Assembly: GCA_029940035.1 (NCBI GenBank)
Contig: JAOZRT010000002.1
Coordinates: forward strand, 1-63,804
Length of the DNA: 63,804 nt
Reading direction: 5' to 3'
Origin: Desulfobacterales bacterium
GTDB lineage: Bacteria; Desulfobacterota; Desulfobacteria; Desulfobacterales; B30-G6
Shown piece by piece: positions 19,773-30,283 of the stretch (position 1 is the stretch's first letter; each line of letters starts with the position of its first letter). The notes beneath the pieces were generated by a model. The model had not been told where the DNA came from and did no database searches. It worked only from the letters and a program-made list of their open reading frames with translations. A program made the translations under genes and the position numbers.

Positions 19773-21406
19773 AAGAGGATTGGGACTTTCTCGTCATCGG
19801 CAGCGGTGTGGCCGGGCTTACCTTTGCCCTAAAAGTGGCAAAATTCGGATCTGTGGCCATCATTACCAAAGAAGGCGTGATGGACAGCAACACGAGTCTC
19901 GCCCAGGGCGGCATTGCCTCTGTTTTTGATGAACTCGACTCCTTCGACCTCCATATTCAGGACACCCTCGCCTCCGGAGACGGCCTGTGCAATCGTGGTG
20001 TGGTTGAAAAAGTAGTTAAAAACGGTCCAGACAGGATTCGGGATCTCATTCAGCTGGGTGTACACTTCAACCTGGAAGAAAATCAACAGCAGGCCAGCAC
20101 CCCACCCCGGCTGGACCTGGGCCGGGAAGGCGGCCACTCCAAAAGTCGCATTGTACATGCCCAAGACATGACCGGGAAGGAATTGGAACGTGTTTTGGTG
20201 GAGCATGTGGGCCGGCGTGAAAACATCACGGTGTTTGAAAACCATATTGCCATCGACCTGATTACCCGGTCAACCCAAATGAAACGAGGGATGGTCACCA
20301 CGGCCCACGACGATATCTGTTGCGGCGCATATGTCCTGGAAAAGCAAACCAACCACGTAAAAACCTTCTGTGCCCATACAACGCTTCTGGCTACCGGTGG
20401 AGCCGGCAAAGTTTATCTGTACACCAGTAATCCCGACATCGCCACCGGCGACGGCATTGCCATGGGATACCGGGCCGGGGCAACACTGGCCAACCTGGAA
20501 TTCGTACAATTTCACCCCACCTGCCTATACCATGCGGATGCAAAAAACTTTCTGATTTCCGAGGCAGTTCGCGGTGACGGGGGCGTCCTTGTGGATCAAG
20601 CCGGAAATCCGTTCATGCACCGCTATGACCCCCAAAAAGACCTGGCTTGCAGAGATGTAGTCGCCCGCGCCATCGACACCGAGCTGAAAAAAAGCGGCGC
20701 GGATTCGGTGTTTCTCGACATCTCGCAAAGGGATTCCGCCTTTGTCAAACAACGCTTTCCCAATATTTACCGCCGGTGCCTGGAACTTGGAATCGACATG
20801 ACCGCGGAACCGATTCCCGTCGTTCCCGCAGCCCACTACATGTGCGGGGGCATCGCCACGGATACCAAGGGGCGCACCGATATCAAACAATTGTACGCCA
20901 TCGGTGAGACAGCGTGCACCGGGCTGCACGGCGCCAACCGGCTGGCCAGCAACTCTCTGATTGAAGCCCTCGTCTATGCCCACAGTGCCGCCGATCAAGC
21001 CATCAAAGATCTTAAAAGTATCGACCTGCAGCCTGTGCAGCCGCCGGAATGGGATGAAACGGGCACCACCGACAGTGATGAAGGCATCATGGTGTCCCAC
21101 AACTGGGATGAAATCCGCCGCCTCATGTGGAACTATGTGGGTATTGTCCGCTCCAACAAACGTCTGGCGCGAGCCAGGCGGCGCATTGACATCATCCAGA
21201 AGGAAATTCAGGAATATTACTGGAACTTTAAAGTGGCCCCGGACCTGATTGAACTGCGCAACATTGCCACGGTTGCAGAACTCATCATCAAATGTGCATC
21301 CTGCCGCAATGAAAGCCGCGGGCTCCACTACAATATTGAATATCCACAAAAAAATGATCAGCGCTGGCAAAAGGACACTCTCACCCACCGATCCTACCTG
21401 GACTGA
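19769..21406 (+). CDS. nadB: L-aspartate oxidase
   Basis: 545-aa ORF. It has the FAD motif DFLVIGSGVAGL, the A.GGIA, HPT, and RGDGG-type active-site blocks, and TGLHGANRLASNSL. Confidence 0.95.
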   Translation: MKEDWDFLVIGSGVAGLTFALKVAKFGSVAIITKEGVMDSNTSLAQGGIASVFDELDSFDLHIQDTLASGDGLCNRGVVEKVVKNGPDRIRDLIQLGVHFNLEENQQQASTPPRLDLGREGGHSKSRIVHAQDMTGKELERVLVEHVGRRENITVFENHIAIDLITRSTQMKRGMVTTAHDDICCGAYVLEKQTNHVKTFCAHTTLLATGGAGKVYLYTSNPDIATGDGIAMGYRAGATLANLEFVQFHPTCLYHADAKNFLISEAVRGDGGVLVDQAGNPFMHRYDPQKDLACRDVVARAIDTELKKSGADSVFLDISQRDSAFVKQRFPNIYRRCLELGIDMTAEPIPVVPAAHYMCGGIATDTKGRTDIKQLYAIGETACTGLHGANRLASNSLIEALVYAHSAADQAIKDLKSIDLQPVQPPEWDETGTTDSDEGIMVSHNWDEIRRLMWNYVGIVRSNKRLARARRRIDIIQKEIQEYYWNFKVAPDLIELRNIATVAELIIKCASCRNESRGLHYNIEYPQKNDQRWQKDTLTHRSYLD

Positions 21407-21575
21407 TCTTTAGTACCCCAAGGTGGCAATTGACAACCCTGTATTCGGCATTATTTTATTTAATTAATTACCAAAACAGGCCGGATGCAACGAACCTAAA
21501 ATATATGCTTCTGCCAAAAAGGCAGGAGGCTGATCTCCGTTCGTTTGAAACGGAAAACCGACAAGTGGCAGGTCA

Positions 21576-22694
21576 ATGGAGAGTAAAAGAGATTACTACG
21601 AGGTGTTGGGTGTAGATCGTTCCTCATCTGACATTGAAATTAAAAAAACCTACCGTAAGCTGGCCTTAAAATACCATCCCGACAAAAACCCCGGCAACCA
21701 GGAAGCTGAGGACAAGTTCAAGGAAGCTGCAGAAGCTTACGAAGTGCTCCGGGATGATAAAAAGCGCGGTATTTACGACCAGTATGGACACCAGGGACTG
21801 GAAGGCGCTGGATTTTCGGGTTTTGGAGGCTTTGACGATATTTTCTCCAGTTTCGGGGACATTTTTGAAGATTTTTTCGGGTTCAGTTCCAGTGGTCGTT
21901 CAGGCCGGAGCCGTGCCCAGAGAGGTACCGATCTCCGATATGATCTCTCCATCTCTTTCCTGGATGCGGCGTTTGGCACGGAAACCGAAATAGACGTGGA
22001 AAAAATGGAAACCTGCCCGACGTGCGAGGGCAGTGGCTGTGAACCGGGAACCTACTCTGAAACCTGCAGCAGCTGCAACGGCCACGGCCAGGTATCCAGG
22101 AGCCAGGGTTTCTTTACCGTGCGTACCACCTGCCCCAATTGTCGCGGCGCAGGGCAGACCATTGTCAGCCCCTGCAAAACCTGCCGAGGCGCCGGCCAGG
22201 TCAAAACCGGTAAAAAGGTCTCGGTCAAAATCCCGGGTGGTGTGGACACCGGGTCCCGGCTGCGCCTTTCAGGTGAGGGCGAGGTCGGACAACGTGGTGG
22301 ACCCAATGGAGATCTTTACATTTTCATCCACGTCCAACAGCATGAGTTCTTTGCCCGGAACAACACGGACATTGTCTGTGAAATCCCGGTCTCGTTTGTT
22401 CAGGCAACCCTGGGGGGTGAGATCAATGTACCCACCTTGGACGGTGAAAAGGCACTGAAAATACGCAAAGGAACCCAGCCTGGCGAGACTTACCGATTTC
22501 GTGCGGAAGGCATTCCATCGTTGAGGACCGGGAGAAGAGGGGATCAGATTATCCAGATTGCGGTAAAAACCCCCACCCATATTTCCAAAAAGCAGGAATC
22601 CCTGTTGCGGGAGTTCGCCAAGCTGGAAACCAACAGTATTTCTGACAAATTGAAAAATATTTTCAAGGGCGGCGCAGAGAGAGCCGCCCAATAG
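21576..22694 (+). CDS. dnaJ: molecular chaperone DnaJ (type I, canonical)
   Basis: The J domain has an intact HPD ([11 protein letters not shown]). A G/F-rich linker and four CxxCxGxG zinc-finger repeats ([32 protein letters not shown]) follow, then the C-terminal substrate domains. Confidence 0.95.
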   Translation: MESKRDYYEVLGVDRSSSDIEIKKTYRKLALKYHPDKNPGNQEAEDKFKEAAEAYEVLRDDKKRGIYDQYGHQGLEGAGFSGFGGFDDIFSSFGDIFEDFFGFSSSGRSGRSRAQRGTDLRYDLSISFLDAAFGTETEIDVEKMETCPTCEGSGCEPGTYSETCSSCNGHGQVSRSQGFFTVRTTCPNCRGAGQTIVSPCKTCRGAGQVKTGKKVSVKIPGGVDTGSRLRLSGEGEVGQRGGPNGDLYIFIHVQQHEFFARNNTDIVCEIPVSFVQATLGGEINVPTLDGEKALKIRKGTQPGETYRFRAEGIPSLRTGRRGDQIIQIAVKTPTHISKKQESLLREFAKLETNSISDKLKNIFKGGAERAAQ

Positions 22695-22704
22695 CATATG
22701 AGGA

Positions 22705-23088
22705 ATGACAACTGATATGTTTGAACTCAAAGTAACCAACCACTTCGCCGGGGCCCACCAGCTCAAGATGGTTTCAAAAAAATGCGAGAATCTACACGGT
22801 CATAACTGGAAAATAGAAGTTCGTATCGCCGGAAAAGGCCTGAACGATGCGGGCGTGGTCATGGATTTCGGTATTATCAAGCAGCTCGTTTCCGAAATAA
22901 TGAATACCCTTGATCACAAATTCTTAAATGAACTGGAGTATTTTCAGGATGGCAACCCGTCATCGGAGAACATCACCAAATATATCGCCGACGCGTTGCA
23001 GGAAAAAATAACAGAACCGGATATCCGTGTTGCGAGTGTCACCGCCTGGGAATCTGATGACGCCTGCGCAACCTATTTCCCGGAATAA
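22705..23088 (+). CDS. queD: 6-carboxytetrahydropterin synthase
   Basis: 127-aa ORF with the C.N.HGHN motif (KKCENLHGHNWKIEV) and LDHKFLNE, typical of QueD/PTPS. Confidence 0.9.
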   Translation: MTTDMFELKVTNHFAGAHQLKMVSKKCENLHGHNWKIEVRIAGKGLNDAGVVMDFGIIKQLVSEIMNTLDHKFLNELEYFQDGNPSSENITKYIADALQEKITEPDIRVASVTAWESDDACATYFPE

Positions 23089-23116
23089 AATCGTGTTCCA
23101 CGATCTAGTGATACGT

Positions 23117-23683
23117 CTATAGACCTTTCCAGTACGCCACCAGTTCATCCCGGGTAATGACCACGGAAACGTCCGGCACATGCTGGCGTATGTTCTCTAC
23201 ACCGCCTTCCTGACGGTCCACGAGGATCACCGCCTTGACCACCACCAACCCTTCTGAAGCGGCCCGCTCTATGGCCTTGATGGTTGATCCGCCGGTTGTG
23301 GCGACATCGTCGATAATGACAACCCTGTCCCCCGGTTCAAGGTCACCTTCAACCCAGCGGATGACGCCATGGTCCTTTCTGTCTTTTCGTATGGAAAAAG
23401 CCTGCAGCGGTTGTTTTTTCAATTCAGATGTGTACGCCGTTGCCACGGCAATGGGGTCCGCCCCGAAGGTGAGGCCGCCGACCCCCCTGGCATCCAGACC
23501 CTGCACTTGTTCAAAAACCAGGTTTCCGACCAGGAACATACCCCTCGGGCTCAGGGTCGTGGGCTTACAATTGACGTAAAAACGGCTCATCCGCCCGGAT
23601 ACCAGCTTAAAGGTCGGTTCTTCGGTATAACGAAATGATTTTTCGCAAAGGTGTTTGATAAGTTCATTTTTCATGCCGGTCAT
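23117..23683 (-). CDS. pyrE: orotate phosphoribosyltransferase
   Basis: It has the PRPP-binding loop [13 protein letters not shown] and the FKL.SG..S..Y.N motif. The start is uncertain: the track begins at TTG 23719, and I prefer an internal ATG (23683 or 23674). Confidence 0.85.
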   Translation of the reverse strand: MTGMKNELIKHLCEKSFRYTEEPTFKLVSGRMSRFYVNCKPTTLSPRGMFLVGNLVFEQVQGLDARGVGGLTFGADPIAVATAYTSELKKQPLQAFSIRKDRKDHGVIRWVEGDLEPGDRVVIIDDVATTGGSTIKAIERAASEGLVVVKAVILVDRQEGGVENIRQHVPDVSVVITRDELVAYWKGL

Positions 23684-23927
23684 CCTTTTTTCCTTACCCC
23701 GGGCAGCTTTCCGAAACAAGAAATGGTTGATTTTATAGCATCTATCAGGTAATAAAAAGCCTCCACCGATTGGAAGAAGCGAGATTAATGGGTTTCAGTG
23801 GAGGCTCTGAGAAAGGAAAACTAGTGACAGCACTCCTTGATCTCAATGGAGAATTTAACAGCAATTGACAAGCAGGTCAAACCTAAATCCATCTATGGTT
23901 CAGGCCATTGACCAGGATTCAACGCCA

Positions 23928-25232
23928 ATGAAAACCAAATGGAAAACGCTCCGCACGCTGGCTTTAAGCGCCATAGCGTGCGTTCTCATCCCCGCTTCGG
24001 CGGCAGGCGAAGAAGGCTCGGGCGCCGCCTTGTCTCTGCAGCAGGTCATTGACATGGCCATCGAAGCCAACATCAACCTCAAATCATCCAAAGAGGGAAC
24101 CAACGCCGCCCTGGCCACCAAAAAGCAGAGCCGCTCGAGTTTCTTTCCAACCCTCAGTGCCAACTATCAATATACGCGCCATGATGATCACTCGGTCGCC
24201 AAGAGTGTTTTTACCGATTTAAACGAATACAATTTCTCCGCTTCATTTACACAACCGCTTTTCACCGGCTTTGCCCTCACCAATCAATACAAAATGGCCG
24301 GTTACAGCCTCGACATTGCCCAGGCCAATGAACAGTTTGTGCGGCAGAATGTTATCCTGGAGGCACGGTCAGCCTATTTTACGGTGCTGAAGGCCGATAA
24401 GCTGCTGAAGGTATCTGAGGAAACGGAAAAACAGATAGAGGCCCAGAAGGATGTAGCCAATAATTTTTATGAAGTGGGTATGTCCCCCCTGAACGACCTG
24501 CTCCAGGCGCAGGTGGAACTAGCCAACGCCACCCAGAATGTCATTCTGGCCAAAAACGATCTTCAAAATGCCGAGTCCGATCTCAACATCCTGCTGCGCA
24601 GATCCATCAATACACCGGTTGTGCTAGTGGATATCCTCGACTTTTCGCCCTTCCAGGACAACCTCGAGTATTGTCTCCAGACCGCCGAGGAAAATCGGGT
24701 TGAAATTAAAATGGCCAACATTGAAATTGCCATGGCTGAAAAGAACAGGAAGCTTGCTCAGAAGGATTACTACCCCACGGTCAATCTCACCGGGAGCTAT
24801 TATAGAATTGGCGAAGAGTGGAATGTCGAAGATAGTGACCTGTGGGACATCCGCGCCATCGCATCCTGGGATTTCTGGGAATGGGGTCGGACCACCTACG
24901 GGGTCAGGGAAAAAAACAGCCGCCTGTCCCAGGCTGCCCTCAAAAAAAGTAAAACCCTGGATGATGTCAGTGCAGAGGTGAAACGGGCCTACCTCAGAAC
25001 CCGGGCAGCGGAAGAGTTCATCACCACGGTGGAAACGGCCATCGAGCAGGCCGAAGAGAACTTTCGCATCAACCAAGAACGCTATAAAGAACAGGTGGCA
25101 ACCGCCACTGATGTCCTTATTGCCCAGACGCTCCTTTCCAGAACCATGACCAATTATTACAGCGCCCTGTATGAATACAAAATTGCCAAGGCATCCCTTT
25201 ACCGGGCCATGGGCCAGGAAGTTATGGAATGA
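23928..25232 (+). CDS. TolC family outer-membrane efflux protein
   Basis: A signal peptide follows the ATG at 23928 (MKTKWKTLRTLALSAIACVLIPASAAG). Two OEP repeats carry the characteristic coiled-coil/beta-strand pattern. The track ORF begins earlier at TTG 23865. Confidence 0.85.
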   Translation: MKTKWKTLRTLALSAIACVLIPASAAGEEGSGAALSLQQVIDMAIEANINLKSSKEGTNAALATKKQSRSSFFPTLSANYQYTRHDDHSVAKSVFTDLNEYNFSASFTQPLFTGFALTNQYKMAGYSLDIAQANEQFVRQNVILEARSAYFTVLKADKLLKVSEETEKQIEAQKDVANNFYEVGMSPLNDLLQAQVELANATQNVILAKNDLQNAESDLNILLRRSINTPVVLVDILDFSPFQDNLEYCLQTAEENRVEIKMANIEIAMAEKNRKLAQKDYYPTVNLTGSYYRIGEEWNVEDSDLWDIRAIASWDFWEWGRTTYGVREKNSRLSQAALKKSKTLDDVSAEVKRAYLRTRAAEEFITTVETAIEQAEENFRINQERYKEQVATATDVLIAQTLLSRTMTNYYSALYEYKIAKASLYRAMGQEVME

Positions 25233-25900
25233 AACCCCATGAAGATGCCCTGATACGGCTGTTTCATGTTTACAAACGCTATGGTGCCTATAACGCACTG
25301 TTCGATATCTCTCTGGACATTTTCAGGAATGAGTTTCTGTTTCTTGCCGGCCCCAGCGGCGCCGGGAAATCCACCCTCCTCAAACTGCTCTACCTCGGGG
25401 AAGCCCTGTCGGAAGGGCAAATTCTGATCGACAGGGTGAACCTCGCAAGAGTATCTCGCAGGCGCACGCCCGAATTGAGGCGGAAGCTTGGGATCATATT
25501 CCAGGATTTCAAACTCATTCCCACGAAAACCGTTTATGAAAATGTTGCTCTTGTTCTGGAAACTCGGGGAATGAGCCGTAAGTTCATCCAGAAAAAAGTG
25601 AACAGTGTGTTGAGAACCGTGGGAATGGAAGATCGGCAAAAATCCTTTCCGCCGGGGCTTTCAGGGGGCGAACAACAGAAAGTCGCAGTAGCTCGCGCCG
25701 TTGTGGGCGAGCCTAAAATAATTTTGGCGGATGAACCTACCGGTAGCCTGGATGCGGACTCGGCCGAGGCGATATTTAATCTATTGATCAATATCCACGC
25801 ACGCGGCGCCACCGTTTTGGTGGCGACCCATGCCAAAGAGCTGATCAGCAACGCAAAGGGCCGGGTTATCCAGCTCAAAGAGGGCAAGCTCATCGCATAA
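25229..25900 (+). CDS. ftsE: cell-division ATP-binding protein FtsE
   Basis: It has Walker A (GPSGAGKST), the ABC signature LSGGEQQKVAVARA, and Walker B (ILADEPTGSLD). The ATGA overlap joins it to the TolC stop, and an FtsX gene follows directly. Confidence 0.9.
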   Translation: MKPHEDALIRLFHVYKRYGAYNALFDISLDIFRNEFLFLAGPSGAGKSTLLKLLYLGEALSEGQILIDRVNLARVSRRRTPELRRKLGIIFQDFKLIPTKTVYENVALVLETRGMSRKFIQKKVNSVLRTVGMEDRQKSFPPGLSGGEQQKVAVARAVVGEPKIILADEPTGSLDADSAEAIFNLLINIHARGATVLVATHAKELISNAKGRVIQLKEGKLIA

Positions 25901-26781
25901 TGAAGCTATTTTTTTTTAAAAGGGCCATACAGGACATTCTGAACAACCGTTTTCTGAATACGGTAACGCTCATCACCATCTCTCTGTCCGTTCTCATCGT
26001 CAGCTCTTTTGCCCTTTTTTTCAACAATACCAACGAACTTCTCGACACCTGGAAAAAAGGCATCCGTGCGCTGGTTTACCTCAATCCGGACGCTGACGAT
26101 GCCAATCGCCTTGATCTGAAATACAACATCCAAAACCTTGAGGGTGTCAGTGAAGCCCGCTTCATCTCCCGCAAGGAAGCCCTGGCTCAGATGAAGGTGC
26201 AAATGGGCAGACAGGCGTCTCTTTTGGAAGGCCTGGAGTCAAACCCCCTGCCAGACGCCTTTGAGGTGCGTTTAAAACCCGAGTCCCAGACAATAGCGGA
26301 AATTGAAAGGCTGTCCAAGGCCATCGAAGCCCTCCCTCATATCGACAAAGTGGAATACGGGCAGCAATGGATAGGCAAATTTACCAGTATTATCAATGTG
26401 TTCAAGTTTGTTGGGTCTGCCATGGGCGGTCTGTTTTTAGTAGCGACCCTGTTCATCGTTGCCAATACCGTACGCCTGGTTCTTTATTCACGGCAAGAAG
26501 AAATTGCCATCATGCGCCTGGTCGGTGCCACGGACAGGTTCATTAAAACCCCCTTTTACATTCAGGGAATGGCCCTGGGAGGACTGGGGGGCATTATCGG
26601 AATGGCTGGACTCTATATAGCTTTTCATTTCATCTCTGAAAAGTTCCACAACAGCCTTTCGGCCGAACTCCTGGACATACACTTTCTCAGCCTGGAAATG
26701 ATTGCCGGCTTTGTTGCCGGCAGCATGCTCATTGGATGGATCGGTTGTTATGTTTCCCTGAAACAGTTTCTTAAAGCATGA
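25900..26781 (+). CDS. ftsX: permease-like cell-division protein FtsX
   Basis: 293-aa ORF with a TAATG overlap onto ftsE. Its topology is 1 TM, a periplasmic domain, then 3 TM, with the conserved E..IM.LVGAT..FI..PF block. Confidence 0.9.
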   Translation: MKLFFFKRAIQDILNNRFLNTVTLITISLSVLIVSSFALFFNNTNELLDTWKKGIRALVYLNPDADDANRLDLKYNIQNLEGVSEARFISRKEALAQMKVQMGRQASLLEGLESNPLPDAFEVRLKPESQTIAEIERLSKAIEALPHIDKVEYGQQWIGKFTSIINVFKFVGSAMGGLFLVATLFIVANTVRLVLYSRQEEIAIMRLVGATDRFIKTPFYIQGMALGGLGGIIGMAGLYIAFHFISEKFHNSLSAELLDIHFLSLEMIAGFVAGSMLIGWIGCYVSLKQFLKA

Positions 26782-26836
26782 AGGTGCCTTTCCTTTGAAC
26801 AGGCCTATTTTTTATATCACATCCCTGTGGACCAAA

Positions 26837-27964
26837 ATGAATGTTCTGCTGCCCGTGTTGTGCCTGTTCCTTGGCACGGCCATGGGAACCCTTGCAGCTG
26901 AAGCTGAAAATGATGAAATCAAAGTTCACCAAAAAAATATCGCCGTTATCGAAAAAAAAGAAATGGCCGTTATCGATGATCTGCATGACATTGACTACAC
27001 CTTGAACACTAAAAAGAAAGAGGTTGCTGCGCTGAAGTCCGCCATTGCAGGCATCGAAAAAAAGATCGATCTCAATACGAATCGTTCGCAGGAACTGGCC
27101 GGGGAAATCCGGAAAAATAAAACCTATGCCTCCCGGCGCATCGTTGCCCTCTATAAACTCAATCAACTGGGAACGTTAAATTATCTTGTATCGGCCGACT
27201 CCTTGTACCAGTTTTCTTACCGCCGAACCCTGCTGGAAACCGTTCTCCACCAGGACCGGAATATGCTCAACGCGTTGGCAGATGTCACCGATGATCTCAA
27301 GCGGGTTTCCAGTGATTTGGACCGGCAGAAACAGGAACTGTCACTCCTGAAACAAGATCTGACCCTTCAGATTAACCGGATGACCGTTGTTAAAAACAAA
27401 CGTACCGCTTTGCTGAAAAAGATCCGCAGCGAAAAATCTCTGGAACTGGCGACTATTGAGTCGTTGAAACATTCTGCCAAAGCCCTGAACGAAAAAATCA
27501 GCCGCCTGCAGGATGATTCTGTTCTACTTAATGAAGAGGAGGGGTCCCAGGTTGATATATTCACCGAAGTAAAAGGCTTGCTTATGATGCCGGTAAAGGG
27601 TAAAATCATACACTTTTACGGTACGTATACGGATACGCGCTTCAACCTGGTCAACTTCAGAAGCGGCATCAGCATCAAAGCCGACCGGGGTGAACCCGTG
27701 CATGCCGTATTCAAAGGCACGACCCTTTACGCCAGCTGGTTCAAAGGGTACGGCAACATGATCATCATCGATCACGGCGACCATTATTATACCGTATACG
27801 CACATGCCGAAGAGCTTTTTAAAAAGAAAGGAGATCCTGTCGGTGCCGGCGAAGTCATTGCCACGGTGGGCGACAGCGGCTCTGTAGAAGGTCCTGGGTT
27901 ACACTTCGAAGTGCGCTACCATGGAAAGCCGGTGGACCCCATGCATTGGATAAGAAAGTCCTAA
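26837..27964 (+). CDS. M23 peptidase-domain murein hydrolase activator (EnvC-like)
   Basis: It has a signal peptide, about 230 aa of coiled coil, and a C-terminal LytM/M23 domain (GI.I.A..G.PV.AV..G.......F.GYGN.IIIDHG..YYT.YAH). Its position after ftsEX matches EnvC. Confidence 0.85.
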   Translation: MNVLLPVLCLFLGTAMGTLAAEAENDEIKVHQKNIAVIEKKEMAVIDDLHDIDYTLNTKKKEVAALKSAIAGIEKKIDLNTNRSQELAGEIRKNKTYASRRIVALYKLNQLGTLNYLVSADSLYQFSYRRTLLETVLHQDRNMLNALADVTDDLKRVSSDLDRQKQELSLLKQDLTLQINRMTVVKNKRTALLKKIRSEKSLELATIESLKHSAKALNEKISRLQDDSVLLNEEEGSQVDIFTEVKGLLMMPVKGKIIHFYGTYTDTRFNLVNFRSGISIKADRGEPVHAVFKGTTLYASWFKGYGNMIIIDHGDHYYTVYAHAEELFKKKGDPVGAGEVIATVGDSGSVEGPGLHFEVRYHGKPVDPMHWIRKS

Positions 27965-27975
27965 AAGGAGAAATA

Positions 27976-29325
27976 ATGACTGTTACCCACAACAAAAACC
28001 TGAAGCTGTGGCTGGTGATCGGCATTACCGTTATCATAAGCACCATAGGCACAGGGTTCTACCATAAGCTGTCCGCAGATAATGCGGAAACCTATAAAGG
28101 GCTGAAAGTTTTTTCTGATGTTATTGAACTGATTCAAAAAAATTATGTCGATCCGGTTGACACCCAGGAACTGATAGAGAAGGCCATCCAGGGGATGGTA
28201 AGCAGCCTGGACCCCCATTCGGCTCTGCTCCCGCCGGATGATTTTGAAGAATTACGCATCGACACTAAGGGCAAGTTTACAGGGATCGGCATCCATATCA
28301 CCATGCGGGACGGGTTTGTTACGGTCGTGTCACCCATCGAAGGGACGCCCGCCTACAAGGCCGGCATTAAAGCCATGGATAAAATTTTCAAGGTGGATGG
28401 TGAAGAGACCACCGATCTGAGGGATGCGGTCAACAGAATGAGGGGCCCCAAGGGAACCACGGTTGTGGTTTCCGTTATCAGAGAAAATGTGCAGGATCCC
28501 ATTGAATTCAATCTTGTCAGGGATGTAATTCCCATTGAAAGCGTCAAGTCAGTTTCATTGGAGCCGGGCTTCGGTTACGCCTGGGTCACCAATTTCCGGG
28601 ACAAAACCACCGATGATCTGGTTGAGGCACTGGACAAACTGGAAGCGGAGAACCCCGGCATGAACGGTTTGGTTCTCGATCTACGCAACAACCCGGGCGG
28701 CATTCTCAGCCAGGCCATCAAGATTTCAGATATTTTCCTGGAAGAAGGCACCATTCTCACCATCAAGGGCCGTGAAGGCAAGCACACCAAAACCTACAAA
28801 GCACGGCCGGACGCCCATAAAAGAGATTACCCGCTGGTCGTATTGATAAACGGCGGCAGCGCCAGTGCATCGGAAATAGTCGCCGGTGCGCTGCAGGACC
28901 ACAAACGGGCTCTCATCCTGGGTACGACCTCTTTTGGGAAAGGTTCTGTTCAGACCGTCGAGACCTTGAGGGATGGGTATGGCCTCAAGTTTACCATCGC
29001 GCGCTATTATACGCCCAGCGGCCGATCGATTCAGGCCAAGGGGGTAGTGCCGGACATCACCATCGAACATGTTCGCTTCGATGAGAACGAGGATAATAAT
29101 AACTTCGGCAGGATGCTGAAAGAAAAAGACCTGAAAAATCATCTCGACGCAAAGCCCTTGGAAAATAAGCATGAACTGAAAAAACAGAAAGAAAAGAACG
29201 AGGAAAAAGAGCCGTTGTCACCCGAATCACTCATGCTCAAAAGACTTCATGAAGATAATCAGGTTATGCGCGCACTCGATATATTGATCAGCTACGACAT
29301 TTTCAAAGACATCCGGAATGGCTAA
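27976..29325 (+). CDS. S41 family carboxy-terminal processing protease
   Basis: The ATG at 27976 follows AAAGGAG. The protein has a TM anchor, a PDZ domain, and the S41 catalytic blocks (DLRNNPGG, LINGGSASASEI, G..SFGKGSVQ). Confidence 0.9.
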   Translation: MTVTHNKNLKLWLVIGITVIISTIGTGFYHKLSADNAETYKGLKVFSDVIELIQKNYVDPVDTQELIEKAIQGMVSSLDPHSALLPPDDFEELRIDTKGKFTGIGIHITMRDGFVTVVSPIEGTPAYKAGIKAMDKIFKVDGEETTDLRDAVNRMRGPKGTTVVVSVIRENVQDPIEFNLVRDVIPIESVKSVSLEPGFGYAWVTNFRDKTTDDLVEALDKLEAENPGMNGLVLDLRNNPGGILSQAIKISDIFLEEGTILTIKGREGKHTKTYKARPDAHKRDYPLVVLINGGSASASEIVAGALQDHKRALILGTTSFGKGSVQTVETLRDGYGLKFTIARYYTPSGRSIQAKGVVPDITIEHVRFDENEDNNNFGRMLKEKDLKNHLDAKPLENKHELKKQKEKNEEKEPLSPESLMLKRLHEDNQVMRALDILISYDIFKDIRNG

Positions 29326-30283
29326 GGCAAAGACCAGGGGACGCAAAAAGAAGCCGTCGAAACGGAAGCCCGCGCGCAAAAAAACGGCTAGAACATCTCA
29401 GGTGTTGAAGATCATCGCCGGCCTCGGCATATTGATCTTCCTGGTCGTCACCGCCGGTGTACTTGTTCACTATCTGCTTCAGCGTAGCCAGCCCCTGCTG
29501 GCTGATAAAGGGCAAACCGGCCCTAAAACCGAGCCGCCCTTTGAAATCTATCCTGAGGAAGACCTGCCGCCGACACAGCCCCACAAAGAACCGCCACCAC
29601 CGGCGCATGACCGGCTTCCCAAGGTTGCCATCATTATCGACGATCTCGGAAATGACCGGCGGTTGGCCCGGAAATTTATCCGGCTCGACAGCAACCTGAC
29701 CATCTCTATACTGCCCCTTAGCCCATACACAAAACATATTGCCAGGGACGCCCGGGAAAATGGACTTGAAATCATGCTTCACCAGCCCATGGAACCCAAT
29801 GAATATCCCAAGGTCAATCCCGGTCCCGGGGTTTTGCTTACCGCCATGTCCCCGGATGCGATCATCGATCAATTGAATGCCAACCTGGATGCAATTCCGG
29901 AAATCAAGGGCATCAACAACCACATGGGCTCTAAAATGACCACCAACTCACCGCAGATGCGCCAGATATTTTCCGTCTTGAAAACAAAGGGACTCTACTT
30001 TGTTGACAGCCGGACAACCCGTGACTCCATGTGCAAAATGTCAGCCAGTCTGCTGCAAGTCCCCTTTGCCGAGCGGGATGTGTTTATCGACCATCGCCAC
30101 AATTCAGATTTTATCCGCCGGCAGCTTAAGGAACTTGTGCGCATCGCAAAAAAGCAGGGCTTTGCCATCGGCATTGCCCATCCCCACACGTCCACCTACG
30201 AAGTGCTGCTGGAAACCCTCCCGGAGATAAAAAAGCGGGTTGAGCTGGTACCGGTTTCCCAGATCGTTAAAATTGTTTCCTGA
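29318..30283 (+). CDS. divergent polysaccharide deacetylase family protein (YibQ-like)
   Basis: It has a basic N-terminus plus a TM segment, then KVAIIIDDLGN, the H.PMEP motif (MLHQPMEP), NNHMGS and IGIAHPH, all characteristic of the YibQ family. Confidence 0.8.
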   Translation: MAKAKTRGRKKKPSKRKPARKKTARTSQVLKIIAGLGILIFLVVTAGVLVHYLLQRSQPLLADKGQTGPKTEPPFEIYPEEDLPPTQPHKEPPPPAHDRLPKVAIIIDDLGNDRRLARKFIRLDSNLTISILPLSPYTKHIARDARENGLEIMLHQPMEPNEYPKVNPGPGVLLTAMSPDAIIDQLNANLDAIPEIKGINNHMGSKMTTNSPQMRQIFSVLKTKGLYFVDSRTTRDSMCKMSASLLQVPFAERDVFIDHRHNSDFIRRQLKELVRIAKKQGFAIGIAHPHTSTYEVLLETLPEIKKRVELVPVSQIVKIVS

